Assembly: GCA_049512075.1 (NCBI GenBank) | Contig: JBEKXL010000003.1 | Span: 143,688 to 207,687 of the forward strand | DNA: 64,000 nucleotides | Source: Candidatus Bathyarchaeia archaeon | Lineage (GTDB): Archaea; Thermoproteota; Bathyarchaeia; Bathyarchaeales; Bathycorpusculaceae | Reading direction: 5' to 3' | In this document: one piece after another, positions 1 to 10,735 of the stretch | Position numbering within the stretch: position 1 is the stretch's first letter | Layout of the letters: every line of letters begins with the position of its first letter | Notes under the pieces: model-generated | What the model saw: the letters and a program-made list of their open reading frames with translations, nothing else | Told to the model about the DNA's origin: nothing | The model's database searches: none | Made by a program: the position numbers and the translations under genes

Positions 1-159
1 AAAGGCTCTCGTACTGACATGAATTTGCGAATTCGTTATATGGGCGAAGATTTTGGCACGGGCTTAGACCAAAAAACAAGCGTGCAAGCTCCAAACCACA
101 AGGAATGTGGAAAACCCATAATTCTTAAATCCCTAGGACGAAGAACTAAAGGGCGAGTA

Positions 160-1530
160 GTGCTGGAAACATTGGAAAGTGCCTTCAAACTAAGGACGCT
201 CAAACTATCGGCAGTCGCGATAACAAGCGTAGTTTTCGTTGAAGTGACCATCGGCCTAGTAGTGAACAGCCTTGCAATTGTAAGCGATGGTTTGCATGCA
301 TTGCTTGACGCTTTAACTACTCTTGTCCTTTTTTTGGCAGTGCGTGAGTCTGCAAAGCCTCCTGATGAAGAACACATGTACGGGCATGAGAAATTCGAAT
401 CGATAGGCGGTTTCGTAGGTGGGCTTGCGCTTGTAGTTGTAGCATTGCTTATCATATATGAGGCCGTCTTGAAGATATGGCGTGGACAAAGTATCAACTT
501 GGGGCTAGAGTATGTGGGCTTCATAGCTATTGGCTACACTTTCTGCATAGATTTTTTCAGAGTCGGAACACTCGTTAAGGCGCGCAAGAGTGAAAGTGCA
601 ACAATGAGAGTCGGGTTCTATCATGCTATTGCAGACTTGAGTTCAACGGTAATAGCGTTTCTGGGATTTGGATTGGCGACTTTAGGGTTCTATTACGGAG
701 ATTCCATTTCTTCGATGGCACTTGGGGTTTTGTTGACTTACCTTAGCGTGAAGCTTGTTTGGAGCAGTGGAATGGAGTTGACGGACACGATATCAAAAGA
801 GGTGGCGGACAAGGTCAGGCATGAAATAGTCGGAACACAAGGGGTGTGCAAGCTTGAAGCTTTAAAAATCAGAAAAGCAGGAGAAAAGACCTTCGTCAGA
901 GCAACTGTCCATGTGCCGGACTATCTGAATCTTGAAGAAGCTCACGAATTGACTTCCAAGATAGAGTCAAACATTAGGAGCGTGTTGGGAAACTGCGACG
1001 TTGCAATACACACTGAGCCTTGCAAGCCAGAAATCCCTACCGAAAAGCTCGTAGAGAAACTTACGCTAGGGGTTCAAGGTGTAGAACAAGTGCATGAAAT
1101 CAGCACTACGCACACGGGTGGAAAACTGTACATCACCTTGCACGCCAACGTGGATCCGAAAATCTCAGTTGAAACAGCCCATGAGATAGCTCAAGAGATC
1201 GAGAACAGAATTGAAGAAAGAATACCCGAAGTAGAAGATGTGACCGTACATATGGAACCTTTTAGTCCCAGGAGACGAAAGGGTTCGATGGTTAACGAGG
1301 AAGAAATCAGTCGTACAGTTCACAGCATAGCAGACAACTATCGGCAAGCCTTTCGAGTCAAAGGAATAGTAACTTATGTGGCCAGAAAGAAGCTGTACAT
1401 AAACATCGACTGCAGTTTCGCAAAGCAAATCTCGCTCAAAGATGCGCATGAAATGGCTTCAAAGGTTGAAGAGCAACTTAGAGAGCACTTCGCCGAAACT
1501 ATTGTCACTGTTCACATGGAACCAAGCTAG
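160..1530 (+). CDS. Cation diffusion facilitator (CDF) transporter with three C-terminal dimerisation domains
   Basis: SDGLHALLD, KPPDEEHMYGHEKFE and HAIAD CDF motifs; three repeats of AHE...V.V/IH.EP. GTG at 160 is the likelier start (ORF track opens at 19). Confidence 0.9.
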   Translation: MLETLESAFKLRTLKLSAVAITSVVFVEVTIGLVVNSLAIVSDGLHALLDALTTLVLFLAVRESAKPPDEEHMYGHEKFESIGGFVGGLALVVVALLIIYEAVLKIWRGQSINLGLEYVGFIAIGYTFCIDFFRVGTLVKARKSESATMRVGFYHAIADLSSTVIAFLGFGLATLGFYYGDSISSMALGVLLTYLSVKLVWSSGMELTDTISKEVADKVRHEIVGTQGVCKLEALKIRKAGEKTFVRATVHVPDYLNLEEAHELTSKIESNIRSVLGNCDVAIHTEPCKPEIPTEKLVEKLTLGVQGVEQVHEISTTHTGGKLYITLHANVDPKISVETAHEIAQEIENRIEERIPEVEDVTVHMEPFSPRRRKGSMVNEEEISRTVHSIADNYRQAFRVKGIVTYVARKKLYINIDCSFAKQISLKDAHEMASKVEEQLREHFAETIVTVHMEPS

Positions 1531-1587
1531 TCGCTCGTCCAGGTCATTGGGAAAGCCTATATTGGCAAGACTTACTTTTAGTTTGAA

Positions 1588-2292
1588 ATGAGTTCGTTGG
1601 CAATGGATAACGACAATGACTACATATTGAAAGTGTCGAATCTTAGTGTGAGGATTCAGAACCAGGCGATCTTGGATAATGTGAATTTCAAGGTCCAGAG
1701 GGGAACGACGTTGGCTGTTCTGGGACCTAACGGTGCGGGCAAAACAGTTTTGTTCAGGACATTGCTGAATCTGGTGCCATATGACGGGAAGGTCGAATGG
1801 AAAGGAAAAGTGAAGATAGGTTACGTGCCTCAAAACATTGCTGTTGGCGATATTCCCATTTCTGTGAAAGAGTTCTTGTCGTTCAGGGACGCGTCAGATG
1901 TTCCCAGTTGTCTTGATGCGGTCAGACTTGACGGAAAAGACGTGTCGGGCAAGAGGTTAGGTATACTGTCTGGCGGTCAGTTGCGGAGGGTGCTCATCGC
2001 GTGGGCTCTGATAGACAATCCCAACGTGTTGCTTTTCGATGAGCCAACGACTGGCGTTGATATCGGCGGTGAAGAGCCTATTCTCGTTATGCTCAACGAG
2101 CTGAAGAAGAGTAAGAATATGACGATACTCTTGATAACACATGATGTGCACATCGTCAACGAGTATTCAGACTATTTGTTAGCCCTGAACAAGTGTGTGA
2201 ATTTTTTCGGGGAATCGAAGGAAATAATGAATCCGACCGTTCAAAGAACGCTCTACGGCGAGACAGTGTGCGTTGGAGCGCCACAAAGATAG
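1588..2292 (+). CDS. Zn/Mn ABC transporter ATPase (ZnuC-like)
   Basis: GPNGAGKT, LSGGQ, FDEPTTGVD, ITHD, IGYVPQ. Confidence 0.9.
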   Translation: MSSLAMDNDNDYILKVSNLSVRIQNQAILDNVNFKVQRGTTLAVLGPNGAGKTVLFRTLLNLVPYDGKVEWKGKVKIGYVPQNIAVGDIPISVKEFLSFRDASDVPSCLDAVRLDGKDVSGKRLGILSGGQLRRVLIAWALIDNPNVLLFDEPTTGVDIGGEEPILVMLNELKKSKNMTILLITHDVHIVNEYSDYLLALNKCVNFFGESKEIMNPTVQRTLYGETVCVGAPQR

Positions 2293-2295
2293 AAG

Positions 2296-3084
2296 GTGTT
2301 GTTTGCGTTAGAGACGTTGATTCTTAGCTTATCGATAGGGGTTGCAGTGGGTGTTTCAGGCGGCTATCTGGGCTCTCTCATGGTATTGAAAAAAATGGCG
2401 CTTGTTGGCGACGCATTTTCGCATGTAGCGTTGCCTGGGCTTGCGCTGGGGCTTCTGTTCCATTTCCCCGTTTTCCTCGGGGCATTCGCTGTCCTCTTTG
2501 TCTCCGCCGTCGTCGTTTGGCAGTTGGGAAGGGTTACTAAGTTATCTTACGAATCTATAGTTGGAGCAACGTTCACGCTGGCGTTGGCAATAGGAATATT
2601 GATGGTGGTAAACGGTCAGCTTGATCTACTGGAGGCTCTCTTTGGCGACATAACAAACGTGACTCTGTTTGACGCAACAACAGCGGTAGCAATTTCCATT
2701 GTGGCTATTCTTCTCACGAAGATGATTTACAAGAAACTCGTCTTGGGAATGATTTCGGAAGAACTGGCAATCTCAAAAGGCATTAGCGTCTCTAAGACAG
2801 ATCTTTTGTATCTTCTGCTGGTCTCCCTCGTAGTGGCAACGGGCATAAAAATTGTTGGAAGCCTATTAGTCGGTTTCTTGGTCGCGGTTCCTGCAGCATC
2901 CGCGAAAAACATAAGTTCTAACCTACTCAAATACTCAGTCATGAGTTCAGCATTTGGGGCCATCAGTGCGTCCTCGGGGGTCTTGCTGTCAAACTATCTG
3001 AACCTGCAATCAGGCCCCATGGTGGTTATTTCTGGAATCACGATTTTCGCGGTAACAGTAGCGCTTAGATGGAAGGCAAAGTAG
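2296..3084 (+). CDS. Zn/Mn ABC transporter permease (ZnuB/ABC-3)
   Basis: ALVGDAFSHVALPG ABC-3 signature, LFGDI, multiple TM helices. Confidence 0.92.
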   Translation: MLFALETLILSLSIGVAVGVSGGYLGSLMVLKKMALVGDAFSHVALPGLALGLLFHFPVFLGAFAVLFVSAVVVWQLGRVTKLSYESIVGATFTLALAIGILMVVNGQLDLLEALFGDITNVTLFDATTAVAISIVAILLTKMIYKKLVLGMISEELAISKGISVSKTDLLYLLLVSLVVATGIKIVGSLLVGFLVAVPAASAKNISSNLLKYSVMSSAFGAISASSGVLLSNYLNLQSGPMVVISGITIFAVTVALRWKAK

Positions 3085-3181
3085 GCGCGCGTGAAGCTTG
3101 TGTCATGAAACCACGTCAGAGAATAATCAAAATACGAGTTCAAAGCGAGTTCCTCTAACGCGCGCGACACTGACCTAGAAC

Positions 3182-4612
3182 CTATGTGATGCTGCGGATG
3201 TTTTCCAGGACACTGCCTAGACGGGAGACGTTCTTTATCGCGGTTCTGACGCGGTAGGGACTTTTAATCAGTCTAGCCATTTGCTTTGAAACAAAAGTTG
3301 GCCGTCGGGCAAAGTGGTAGAAGCCATCATGAATCATCCACCTTATTTCGCTGTAAGGCACTGCGGTGGGATATATCTCCGAAACTGCGATTCCTGTCTC
3401 CCAGTATTCGCCTCCTTTCAGAAGCCCCTTGGCTTCGCATTCGTCCCAGATATCAGTTCCAGGATAAACCCCCAGAATATTGAACTGCGGTACATCTATC
3501 GGAATTCTGTTTGCAAACTCTATCGTGTTTCGGATTTCTTCTCTGGTCTCATTAGGCGCCCCGACGATGAAAGATCCGACTATTATGTCAGCTCCCGCTT
3601 TTCTCGCTGTTCTTACAGCAGTTCTAGATTGTTCAGGCGTTATCCGTTTGTTGTAGTAGTCCAGAATTCTTTGATTGGCGCTTTCGATGCCGAAATAGAG
3701 GACCTTGCAGCCTGCTTTGGCAGTTTCCCAGAACATTTCATAAGAGCCATTGTCGACTCTTCCTTCGCATATCCACTCCATGTCCAGCTTTTCCCTTCTC
3801 ATCTCTCTACAAAGCCTGATGACGTTCTTCGGGTTACCCGTGAAATTGTCATCCACAAAGATGAACTGCTTGTACCCCTCCGAAGCAAGAAAACGCAGTT
3901 CTTCCATAGTATTCTCGACGGATCTGGGTCTCCACCTGTTGTGAGCAAACTGTGTGCAACAACAGAATCGACATCTGTAGACGCAGCCGCGCGAAGAAAC
4001 AACGCTGGTGAACTTTCTCGGAGCTATGTTGGCTCCTGCCATTACTGAGTGGTAGTCTTCGCCGACCAGTGAACGATCTGGAAAAGGAAGGCCGTCCAAA
4101 TCCTTTATCAAAGGACTGTCAGCCGTGGAGGCCACTCCGCCCTCGTTCCTGAAGCTGATTCCGAGAACATCCTTCAACCTTCCCTTGTTCTTGAGACAAT
4201 CCACCAGGTCGACGACTGTTCGTTCTCCTTCTCCACGCACGATGATGTCGACTAAAGGATACTTTCTCAGAACCCTTTCGGGATTGAATGTGGCGTAGTA
4301 GTTTCCGAAAACCACGGTAAGGTTCGGATTTTCCTTTTTGACCTCAGCGCTTATCATCGCGGCGGTACGGCCGGAGGTTGCGAACGTTGAAAAACCAAGA
4401 ATGTCAGGGTTCTCGGCCTTCACCCATTTCGCCGTCTCTTTCACTGTGAGGCCTTTCGCTGCCTGATCGAGCACGGAGACCTCAACACCGTTTTGCTCCA
4501 GCACTGCAGCCAGATACAGGATTCCAAGAGGAGGCCAGGCGCCAAGGGATTTTTTCCTCTCGCGATCATCCAGATCTACGTTCGGACCAGCATTGACGAA
4601 AGAGAACTTCAT
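3182..4612 (-). CDS. B12-binding radical SAM protein
   Basis: PPLGILYLAA, GEGE, SRGCVYRCRFC (CxxxCxxC), FVDDNF, FGIES. Confidence 0.92.
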   Translation of the reverse strand: MKFSFVNAGPNVDLDDRERKKSLGAWPPLGILYLAAVLEQNGVEVSVLDQAAKGLTVKETAKWVKAENPDILGFSTFATSGRTAAMISAEVKKENPNLTVVFGNYYATFNPERVLRKYPLVDIIVRGEGERTVVDLVDCLKNKGRLKDVLGISFRNEGGVASTADSPLIKDLDGLPFPDRSLVGEDYHSVMAGANIAPRKFTSVVSSRGCVYRCRFCCCTQFAHNRWRPRSVENTMEELRFLASEGYKQFIFVDDNFTGNPKNVIRLCREMRREKLDMEWICEGRVDNGSYEMFWETAKAGCKVLYFGIESANQRILDYYNKRITPEQSRTAVRTARKAGADIIVGSFIVGAPNETREEIRNTIEFANRIPIDVPQFNILGVYPGTDIWDECEAKGLLKGGEYWETGIAVSEIYPTAVPYSEIRWMIHDGFYHFARRPTFVSKQMARLIKSPYRVRTAIKNVSRLGSVLENIRSIT

Positions 4613-4694
4613 ACGTCCACCGTATTCCGCCTAAATCTTGGTTCAAGAGTATTTTCATTGATTTCATGTGCGAGCTTCTTCGCAACGGGCGCTC

Positions 4695-5552
4695 CTATCT
4701 CAGACTTTCCATGAGTGCCTGCATGCCGCTTGAAGCAAGAGTCAGCAACTCTAACGTTTTGTACGCGTCTGCCATGCTTTTGGCAGTGTACTCGACTCTT
4801 AAGCCGTCAATTCTCTTGATGCTGGTCAACAGTTCGGCAGCATCCGCAAATTGGCTTGCCAAGAAGTTTATCGCCATCCTCACGGGCTTCTTGGCGACCA
4901 ACAGTCCGGCTTTGTCCTTTTTCTGAGCGGCGACTGCCTTTCTGACAGCTCTTCGCAGCTCCTTTTCAATACTGAGCATGCTCGCACTTTTTGCTGAAAG
5001 CCGGCTCATAGAGGTTTTCAGCGCAACGGTCTCAGCCCATGGCGCGGTTTTCTTGACATCATCCTCCAAGAGCTGGGCTTCACCAGCGACCAAAGCCACG
5101 GGAACGCCTAGCTCTCCGGCAACGTACGCGTTGAGGAGGAATTCACTAGCGGCTATTCCGTTTACTTCCACGCGGTTTATGCTCGCACCGCTGTAAGTGT
5201 GGTCAAACGTTGACTTTGCAGTGCCGAATTTGGCGTGGTACCCAAGAAACATCGCTGTTTTGCAACCTTCTATCCCTGAGACCATGCTTAGCGGGCGAGG
5301 AAAACCTCTCACGATCTCGACATACTCGGGCAAGTCGTCGATTAGAAGGTTAACCATAGGCCCGTGACTATCTGCAATGATGACTTTGTCAAAACCGTTT
5401 TTGCTCAGCTCATCAGCCGCAATCAACGTGATTCTGGTGGCGATTCTCCTTGCCTCTTCATACAACGGGCCCTTCAGATTCAAGTGACCCGGGATGACGA
5501 TGTAAGGCATGCCTTCGAGATCAACGGAAATGAAAGCCTTCATAGAAGCCAC
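4695..5552 (-). CDS. M55 family D-aminopeptidase (DppA-like)
   Basis: ISVDLEG, ADSHG, FLGYHAK, FDHTY motifs. Confidence 0.92.
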   Translation of the reverse strand: MASMKAFISVDLEGMPYIVIPGHLNLKGPLYEEARRIATRITLIAADELSKNGFDKVIIADSHGPMVNLLIDDLPEYVEIVRGFPRPLSMVSGIEGCKTAMFLGYHAKFGTAKSTFDHTYSGASINRVEVNGIAASEFLLNAYVAGELGVPVALVAGEAQLLEDDVKKTAPWAETVALKTSMSRLSAKSASMLSIEKELRRAVRKAVAAQKKDKAGLLVAKKPVRMAINFLASQFADAAELLTSIKRIDGLRVEYTAKSMADAYKTLELLTLASSGMQALMESLR

Positions 5553-5726
5553 TCATTACAGTTGTATAAGAATGTGATTTAAGAATTACTGTTCTCCGAC
5601 AGCTCTTGCGATTGCGGACTTTCGAACACTCAGACGGCGGAAGCAGTTTGTCAAACCTGCAAAAAGATTCTTTTTTATATAAGCAGTGTGCGTAATAAAT
5701 TCGGAGTATGCTGTGAAGGGATTTCG

Positions 5727-6155
5727 ATGGCAGGAATGTTGTCAGTTAGAGAAGTGATGACGCGCGATGTTAAGGTCGTAAGAGAAGACACGAGCATGCA
5801 AGAAGTAATTGCAACCATGATGAAGTTTGACATAAGTAGCGTGGTTGTTGTCCAGAAGGAGAGGCCTATTGGACTGATAACTCATAAGGACATATTGACC
5901 AGAGTGCTTCAGCCAGAGCTCCTTCCCGCCACTTTGACCGCGAGAAACGTGATGTCGGCTAGCCTCGTCACCATAGGAGAAGAAGCCAGTCTGGAAGAGG
6001 CAGCAAGACTTATGGTCAGAAAGGGCTTCAAGAAGCTGCTAGTAGTGCAAGACGGCAAGCTCGTCGGAATTATCACAAGCATGGATATTGCCAGAGAAGA
6101 GCCTAAACTAACAAAGCTCTTTGAGGAATTGCTGAAATACTGCCCAAAACGCTGA
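5727..6155 (+). CDS. CBS domain pair protein
   Basis: Two CBS repeats (VREVMT...IGLIT..DI; VMS...LVGIITSMDI). Confidence 0.9.
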   Translation: MAGMLSVREVMTRDVKVVREDTSMQEVIATMMKFDISSVVVVQKERPIGLITHKDILTRVLQPELLPATLTARNVMSASLVTIGEEASLEEAARLMVRKGFKKLLVVQDGKLVGIITSMDIAREEPKLTKLFEELLKYCPKR

Positions 6156-6373
6156 CAACGAAATTCAAGGTTCGGCGACAAGCAATTAACAAGAATATCG
6201 ACAGTGCGCCCTGACGGCTCGTTAGGCCAACTGGACTTGATCATCCATCCACATGCCCATCTATTTCTATAGGCTCCTGTTGTAACATAGCATTAACTGA
6301 CATTATAACGAGGAGCGGGCCACCTTTGACGGGCGCGCGCTCAACTCCATGCCCTATGAAGTTGACGCAGGCT

Positions 6374-7822
6374 TCACTCAGTTGAAAGGCCATAATGTTC
6401 TTCGATCATGTGATGGTACTGATCTACTGGCATGCTGGAGGCAACCGCTCTTTGCACAACTTCGCTTAGGGAGGGGTGAATGTGCATTCCTTCGACTATT
6501 GGCTCTGCACTCTGGGTAGGCGTGTACATGAGGTTTATTATCTCCTGGATAAGGACAGAGGCGTATGGTCCGATGATGTGTGCACCCAGGATCTTCGTTG
6601 TAGTCGACTCCATTATGACCTTGACGAAAAAGTCTTTCACACCCATGGCCAATCCCTTGGCAGTGTCTTCGTAGCGTTGGATTCCAATCAGAACGTTGCT
6701 CTTGCCATACTTTTCTATCGCTTCTGTCTCTTTGAGTCCAACGCTGGCAATTTCCGGATAGGTGAAGACGGCGTTCGGCACCGCGTGATAGTCGACTTTG
6801 ATTCGTTTCTTCTGCACAGCATTGTAGTACACGAGCAATGCTTCGTAGTTCGCCACGTGCTTGAAGAGGTATTTGCCGTCGGCATCCCCAAAGGCCCAAA
6901 CGTTTGGCTGCGACGTTTCCAAATATTCATTGACAATTATCCATCCCTTTTCGTCTGTTCTTATTCCAGCCCTTTCCGGATGAAGTATGTCCGTGTTTGG
7001 TGCCCTTCCTGAAGCGATCAATATTTCTTCAGCGGCTACCTCTGCTTCTTTCCCACTCTCTCTGTTGACAGCAACTAGTTTTTTCCTTCCAGCTGAAGTG
7101 TTCTCGACGCTGCGAACCTCATGGTTGGTCATTATCGTGATGTGCTTCTGCAGCTCTCTCTTTGCCAGTGCCGACACTTCGGGCTCTTCTTCTGGAATGA
7201 ACTGCCGATTTCTGCCGATAACAGTGACTTTCGACCCCATGGCAGAAAAGAAATGGCCGTATTCTGCTGCGATGTATCCTCCGCCGATGATTGCTATACT
7301 CTGGGGGAGGCTGTCCATTTTGAGGATGGTGTCGCTTGTATGATATTTGATGTTTTCTAGGCCTTTTATTGCTGGGATTAGCGGTTTTGATCCAGTGCAC
7401 AAAAAAATCATTTCTGACTTTATGGTTTCCTTTCCAACCTTCATAGTGTATGGTGCGACGAATTCGGCCACGCTGTTGTAGTAATCCAAGTTTTTGGTGT
7501 GGGTGAGCCCTTGCTTCATCGCGTTTATGTCTACATGAATCAGTTTTCTCATTCTCTCCATAACTGCTCGGAAATCCACGTTTTTCATGTCCACGGATAT
7601 TCCAAACTCCTTGGCCCTTTCAATTGTCCTCACCATCTCGGCGGGGTACAGCAGGATTTTGGAGGGAATACAGCCTCGCGTCAGGCATATTCCGCCAGGC
7701 TCGTCCTTGTCTATCACCGCAACCTTAAGGTCAGGGGTTTCTTGTTCCATAGCATTCACGATTTCCAGGGCAGATCCCGAGCCTATGACGATGAGATCGT
7801 ATTCCTTCACTTCAATCACCAC
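6374..7822 (-). CDS. Dihydrolipoyl dehydrogenase / mycothione reductase-like flavoprotein
   Basis: IGSGS, GGICLTRGCIPSK redox disulfide, GGGYIAAE, HPSLSE. Confidence 0.9.
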   Translation of the reverse strand: MVIEVKEYDLIVIGSGSALEIVNAMEQETPDLKVAVIDKDEPGGICLTRGCIPSKILLYPAEMVRTIERAKEFGISVDMKNVDFRAVMERMRKLIHVDINAMKQGLTHTKNLDYYNSVAEFVAPYTMKVGKETIKSEMIFLCTGSKPLIPAIKGLENIKYHTSDTILKMDSLPQSIAIIGGGYIAAEYGHFFSAMGSKVTVIGRNRQFIPEEEPEVSALAKRELQKHITIMTNHEVRSVENTSAGRKKLVAVNRESGKEAEVAAEEILIASGRAPNTDILHPERAGIRTDEKGWIIVNEYLETSQPNVWAFGDADGKYLFKHVANYEALLVYYNAVQKKRIKVDYHAVPNAVFTYPEIASVGLKETEAIEKYGKSNVLIGIQRYEDTAKGLAMGVKDFFVKVIMESTTTKILGAHIIGPYASVLIQEIINLMYTPTQSAEPIVEGMHIHPSLSEVVQRAVASSMPVDQYHHMIEEHYGLSTE

Positions 7823-8060
7823 GAGCTTGTTTGGAGATTAGGAGTGAAAAATGTAATAAATGTGATTGTTGAACGCGCAACCCGCGCTTTCATTGCGTGC
7901 TCTTTACAACCGGGACCGGAACTGGCCCTGCACCACTGATTCTCAGTATTGATTTTGACTTCATAAGCGCTTTATCAAGAAAACCAGCATTAACGCACAG
8001 GCTCTCACGCTTCGATGTGAGAGCCCAATTTGTAACAGCAACAGTCAAGAGGACATTAAA

Positions 8061-8516
8061 GTGATTGTCAAAAACAGTTCAAAATACCCTTCCGACCAGG
8101 TTGAAAACCTCGTGAAATTCGCTCTGAAGAACGTTCCACATTCCGAAGAATTGGAAGTGCATGTGAAAAATAGCAAACACGCATTCTACGGACGAATCTT
8201 CGCAAGCGCAGAGGATTGTACATGCGACTGCAACGGCCAACGCTTCCTAATTGTAGTCAGGATAGGCAGGGCGAAACACTTCCCGTACCTTTCCGTCTAT
8301 CCGGACCACAAACGGTGCCAAAAGTACGCGGTAATGTTGAACGACTGGAAGGAAGCACTCGTGAAAGTCACGGCGCATGAAGGAATGCACCTGAGACAAT
8401 GGATAGAGAAGAAACCCATGTGGGAACACCAGGCAGAAAGGCACGCAATAATGATTCTGGGCAAGTACCGAGACACTGTCGTCGCTTGTGCGCCGCTACT
8501 GAGTCCCATTGACTAG
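8061..8516 (+). CDS. Hypothetical protein with HExxH motif (zincin-like)
   Basis: VTAHEGMHLRQ followed by WEHQAE; GAGG upstream of GTG. Confidence 0.6.
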   Translation: MIVKNSSKYPSDQVENLVKFALKNVPHSEELEVHVKNSKHAFYGRIFASAEDCTCDCNGQRFLIVVRIGRAKHFPYLSVYPDHKRCQKYAVMLNDWKEALVKVTAHEGMHLRQWIEKKPMWEHQAERHAIMILGKYRDTVVACAPLLSPID

Positions 8517-8842
8517 ATAGGCGATCTTAGCGCGCATGTGTGTTCCTAGGTTCGATGTTTGAGTGTGATGAGGATGAGCAGCGTTCTTGTGTTGCGTGAT
8601 TTGTGTGCGCGCGCAACGGGTGTAGGCCCCTCTATTTGAAGTTAAATATGACTTCTCGGTTCTGGGTGTGCGGCAGTGTGGATGGGTGGTCCTAAACTGG
8701 TGTAAAACGCTTTTTGTTCTTCTCTTGCCTGTTTGCGATTGATATGGCTTGTTTGAGGGGCAAATCTTGCGCGCGCTGTTAATCCAAGTATGCTGAAACA
8801 CCTTTTGCATCATAGCCCAGCAAAGTCGCTCCCCTTTTTCAC

Positions 8843-8960
8843 TTGTAATGTCAGATGTAATGTGTACTGTTACAAACCATGGAGAAAATCAGGCTGGACT
8901 ACTGTTCAGAGTGGACTCGGCCCTTTTATTTGTAATGTCAGATGTAATTTTCAATGTAAT
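8843..8960 (+). repeat. Duplicated TTGTAATGTCAGATGTAAT with TGTAAT hexamers at 12-bp period
   Basis: 19-mer at 8843 and 8930; TGTAAT at 8844, 8856, (TGTTAC 8868), 8931, 8943, 8955. Confidence 0.85.
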
Positions 8961-9182
8961 AGACAGGGACGGTAGTGTTGCCCGCGGTACAAAGCCAGAA
9001 CGGTTAGGTCTGGCAGGCTTACTTCGCCGTTGCCGTCTATGTCGCGCGCGCTGGTCATTAAACAGAAAAATAGCGTTTGAGGCGTGTGCTCTATGCTTTG
9101 CCGATTGCCTCCTTTGTGCAAGGTTTATTACTTCAATCACGAGTAACCAATAAGCCGTTGGCGATCTGAAGGAAGGCTGCAT

Positions 9183-10475
9183 ATGCGTACGTACGTTCAC
9201 CGTCTGCCCGGCATCGTTTTAACTGGCCATGAATTCAATGTGCCCTTTGATCACAGGCAGCCCGATGGCGAGATGATAAGCATCTTTGGACGCGAAGTGG
9301 TTGCGAGTGACAAGGAAAAGAGCGATTTGCCGTGGCTTGTCTTCTTTCAAGGTGGTCCCGGTATGGAAGCGCCGCGTCCTGAAAACAGCAGTGGCTGGCT
9401 GAAAAGAGCACTGCAAGAGTATCGTGTGTTTCTGCTTGATCAACGCGGGACAGGCCGCAGCACGCCCGTCAACTATCAGACGTTGGCGCGGTTCGCCACT
9501 GCTAGAGAGCAGGCTGAATACCTGAAGAATTTTCGCGCTGATTCAATCGTGCGAGACGCTGAATTGATTCGACGCGAATTGCTCGGAGAGGGTGGCCGCT
9601 GGAGTGTGCTGGGGCAGAGCTACGGGGGCTTCTGCGTGACGCATTATCTGTCCGTCGCGCCAGATGGACTGAAGGAGGCGATTATGACTGGTGGATTACC
9701 GCCGTTGAATCGGCCGCCCGACGACGTTTATCGCGCCACTTATCAGCGCGTCATTGACAAGAACAGACTTTACTACGAACGTTACCCCGATGACATCGGA
9801 CGTGTGAGAGAAATCGTCGACTATCTAGAGTCGCATGAGGTGAACTTGCCAGGTGGCGATAGACTGTCACCGAGACGGTTTCAGCAACTCGGCATAGCGT
9901 TCGGGATGAACAACGGTTTCGAACAAGTTCACTACCTGCTCGAAAAAGCGTTCCTTCGCGACGCAGCTAATCTGCAGATAAGCTATGCTTTCCTGCGCGG
10001 CTTCGAAAACTCCCTCTCGTTTGAAACCAACCCAATCTACGCGATTCTGCACGAATCACTCTACTGCGAGGAAACCGCCTCCAACTGGTCAGCTGATCGC
10101 GTCCGACAAGAGTGCCCAGAATTTGAGATCACACGTGATCAACCTGTGTACTTCACGGGCGAGATGGTGTATCCATGGATGTTTGACGAGTACAAGTACC
10201 TGCGACCATTGAAAGAGGCGGCGGAGATTTTGGCGACGTACGACGGCTGGCCGAAGCTGTACGATAAATCGGTCTTGCAATCGAACACAGTTCCGTGCGC
10301 AGCCGCCATTTACTACAACGACATGTACGTCGAGCGAACGCTCTCAGAGGAAACCGCAAAGAACATTCGCGGCATCAAGCTATGGGTCACCAGTGAATAC
10401 TATCACAATGGCCTGCGCGCCGATGGTGAAAAAGTGCTGGGCCGCTTACTGGGCATGCTCCATGGAGAAAACTGA
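9183..10475 (+). CDS. Prolyl aminopeptidase (alpha/beta hydrolase)
   Basis: FQGGPG, LDQRGTGRS, GQSYGG nucleophile elbow, YYNDMYV, HNGLR. Confidence 0.92.
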   Translation: MRTYVHRLPGIVLTGHEFNVPFDHRQPDGEMISIFGREVVASDKEKSDLPWLVFFQGGPGMEAPRPENSSGWLKRALQEYRVFLLDQRGTGRSTPVNYQTLARFATAREQAEYLKNFRADSIVRDAELIRRELLGEGGRWSVLGQSYGGFCVTHYLSVAPDGLKEAIMTGGLPPLNRPPDDVYRATYQRVIDKNRLYYERYPDDIGRVREIVDYLESHEVNLPGGDRLSPRRFQQLGIAFGMNNGFEQVHYLLEKAFLRDAANLQISYAFLRGFENSLSFETNPIYAILHESLYCEETASNWSADRVRQECPEFEITRDQPVYFTGEMVYPWMFDEYKYLRPLKEAAEILATYDGWPKLYDKSVLQSNTVPCAAAIYYNDMYVERTLSEETAKNIRGIKLWVTSEYYHNGLRADGEKVLGRLLGMLHGEN

Positions 10476-10735
10476 TACGGCACTCAATTACATCGAAAAA
10501 TATGCAAAGCTGTATCGCGTGGTGACAGAAGCCAACAAGTCGGCCAAACATGTGTGTGAGTAGCGCTTTCAAAGATTGGGCAGACGCGTTGAATGGAGCG
10601 CTCTGACATTTGGGTTAAAGCTTGGCAAGCGCGTGGTGGCTGAATTTCAGTGTTTCAGAAAGAGATAAAATAGGCATGTTATGACGGTATAGTGTTGCCG
10701 AAGCTGTGGCTTGGGAATAAAGGCATGAGTCTGGA

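Noticed and set aside
3314-4048. Long antisense ORFs (e.g. 244 aa here, 250 aa at 35331..36083)
   Set aside because: Fully antisense to well-supported genes
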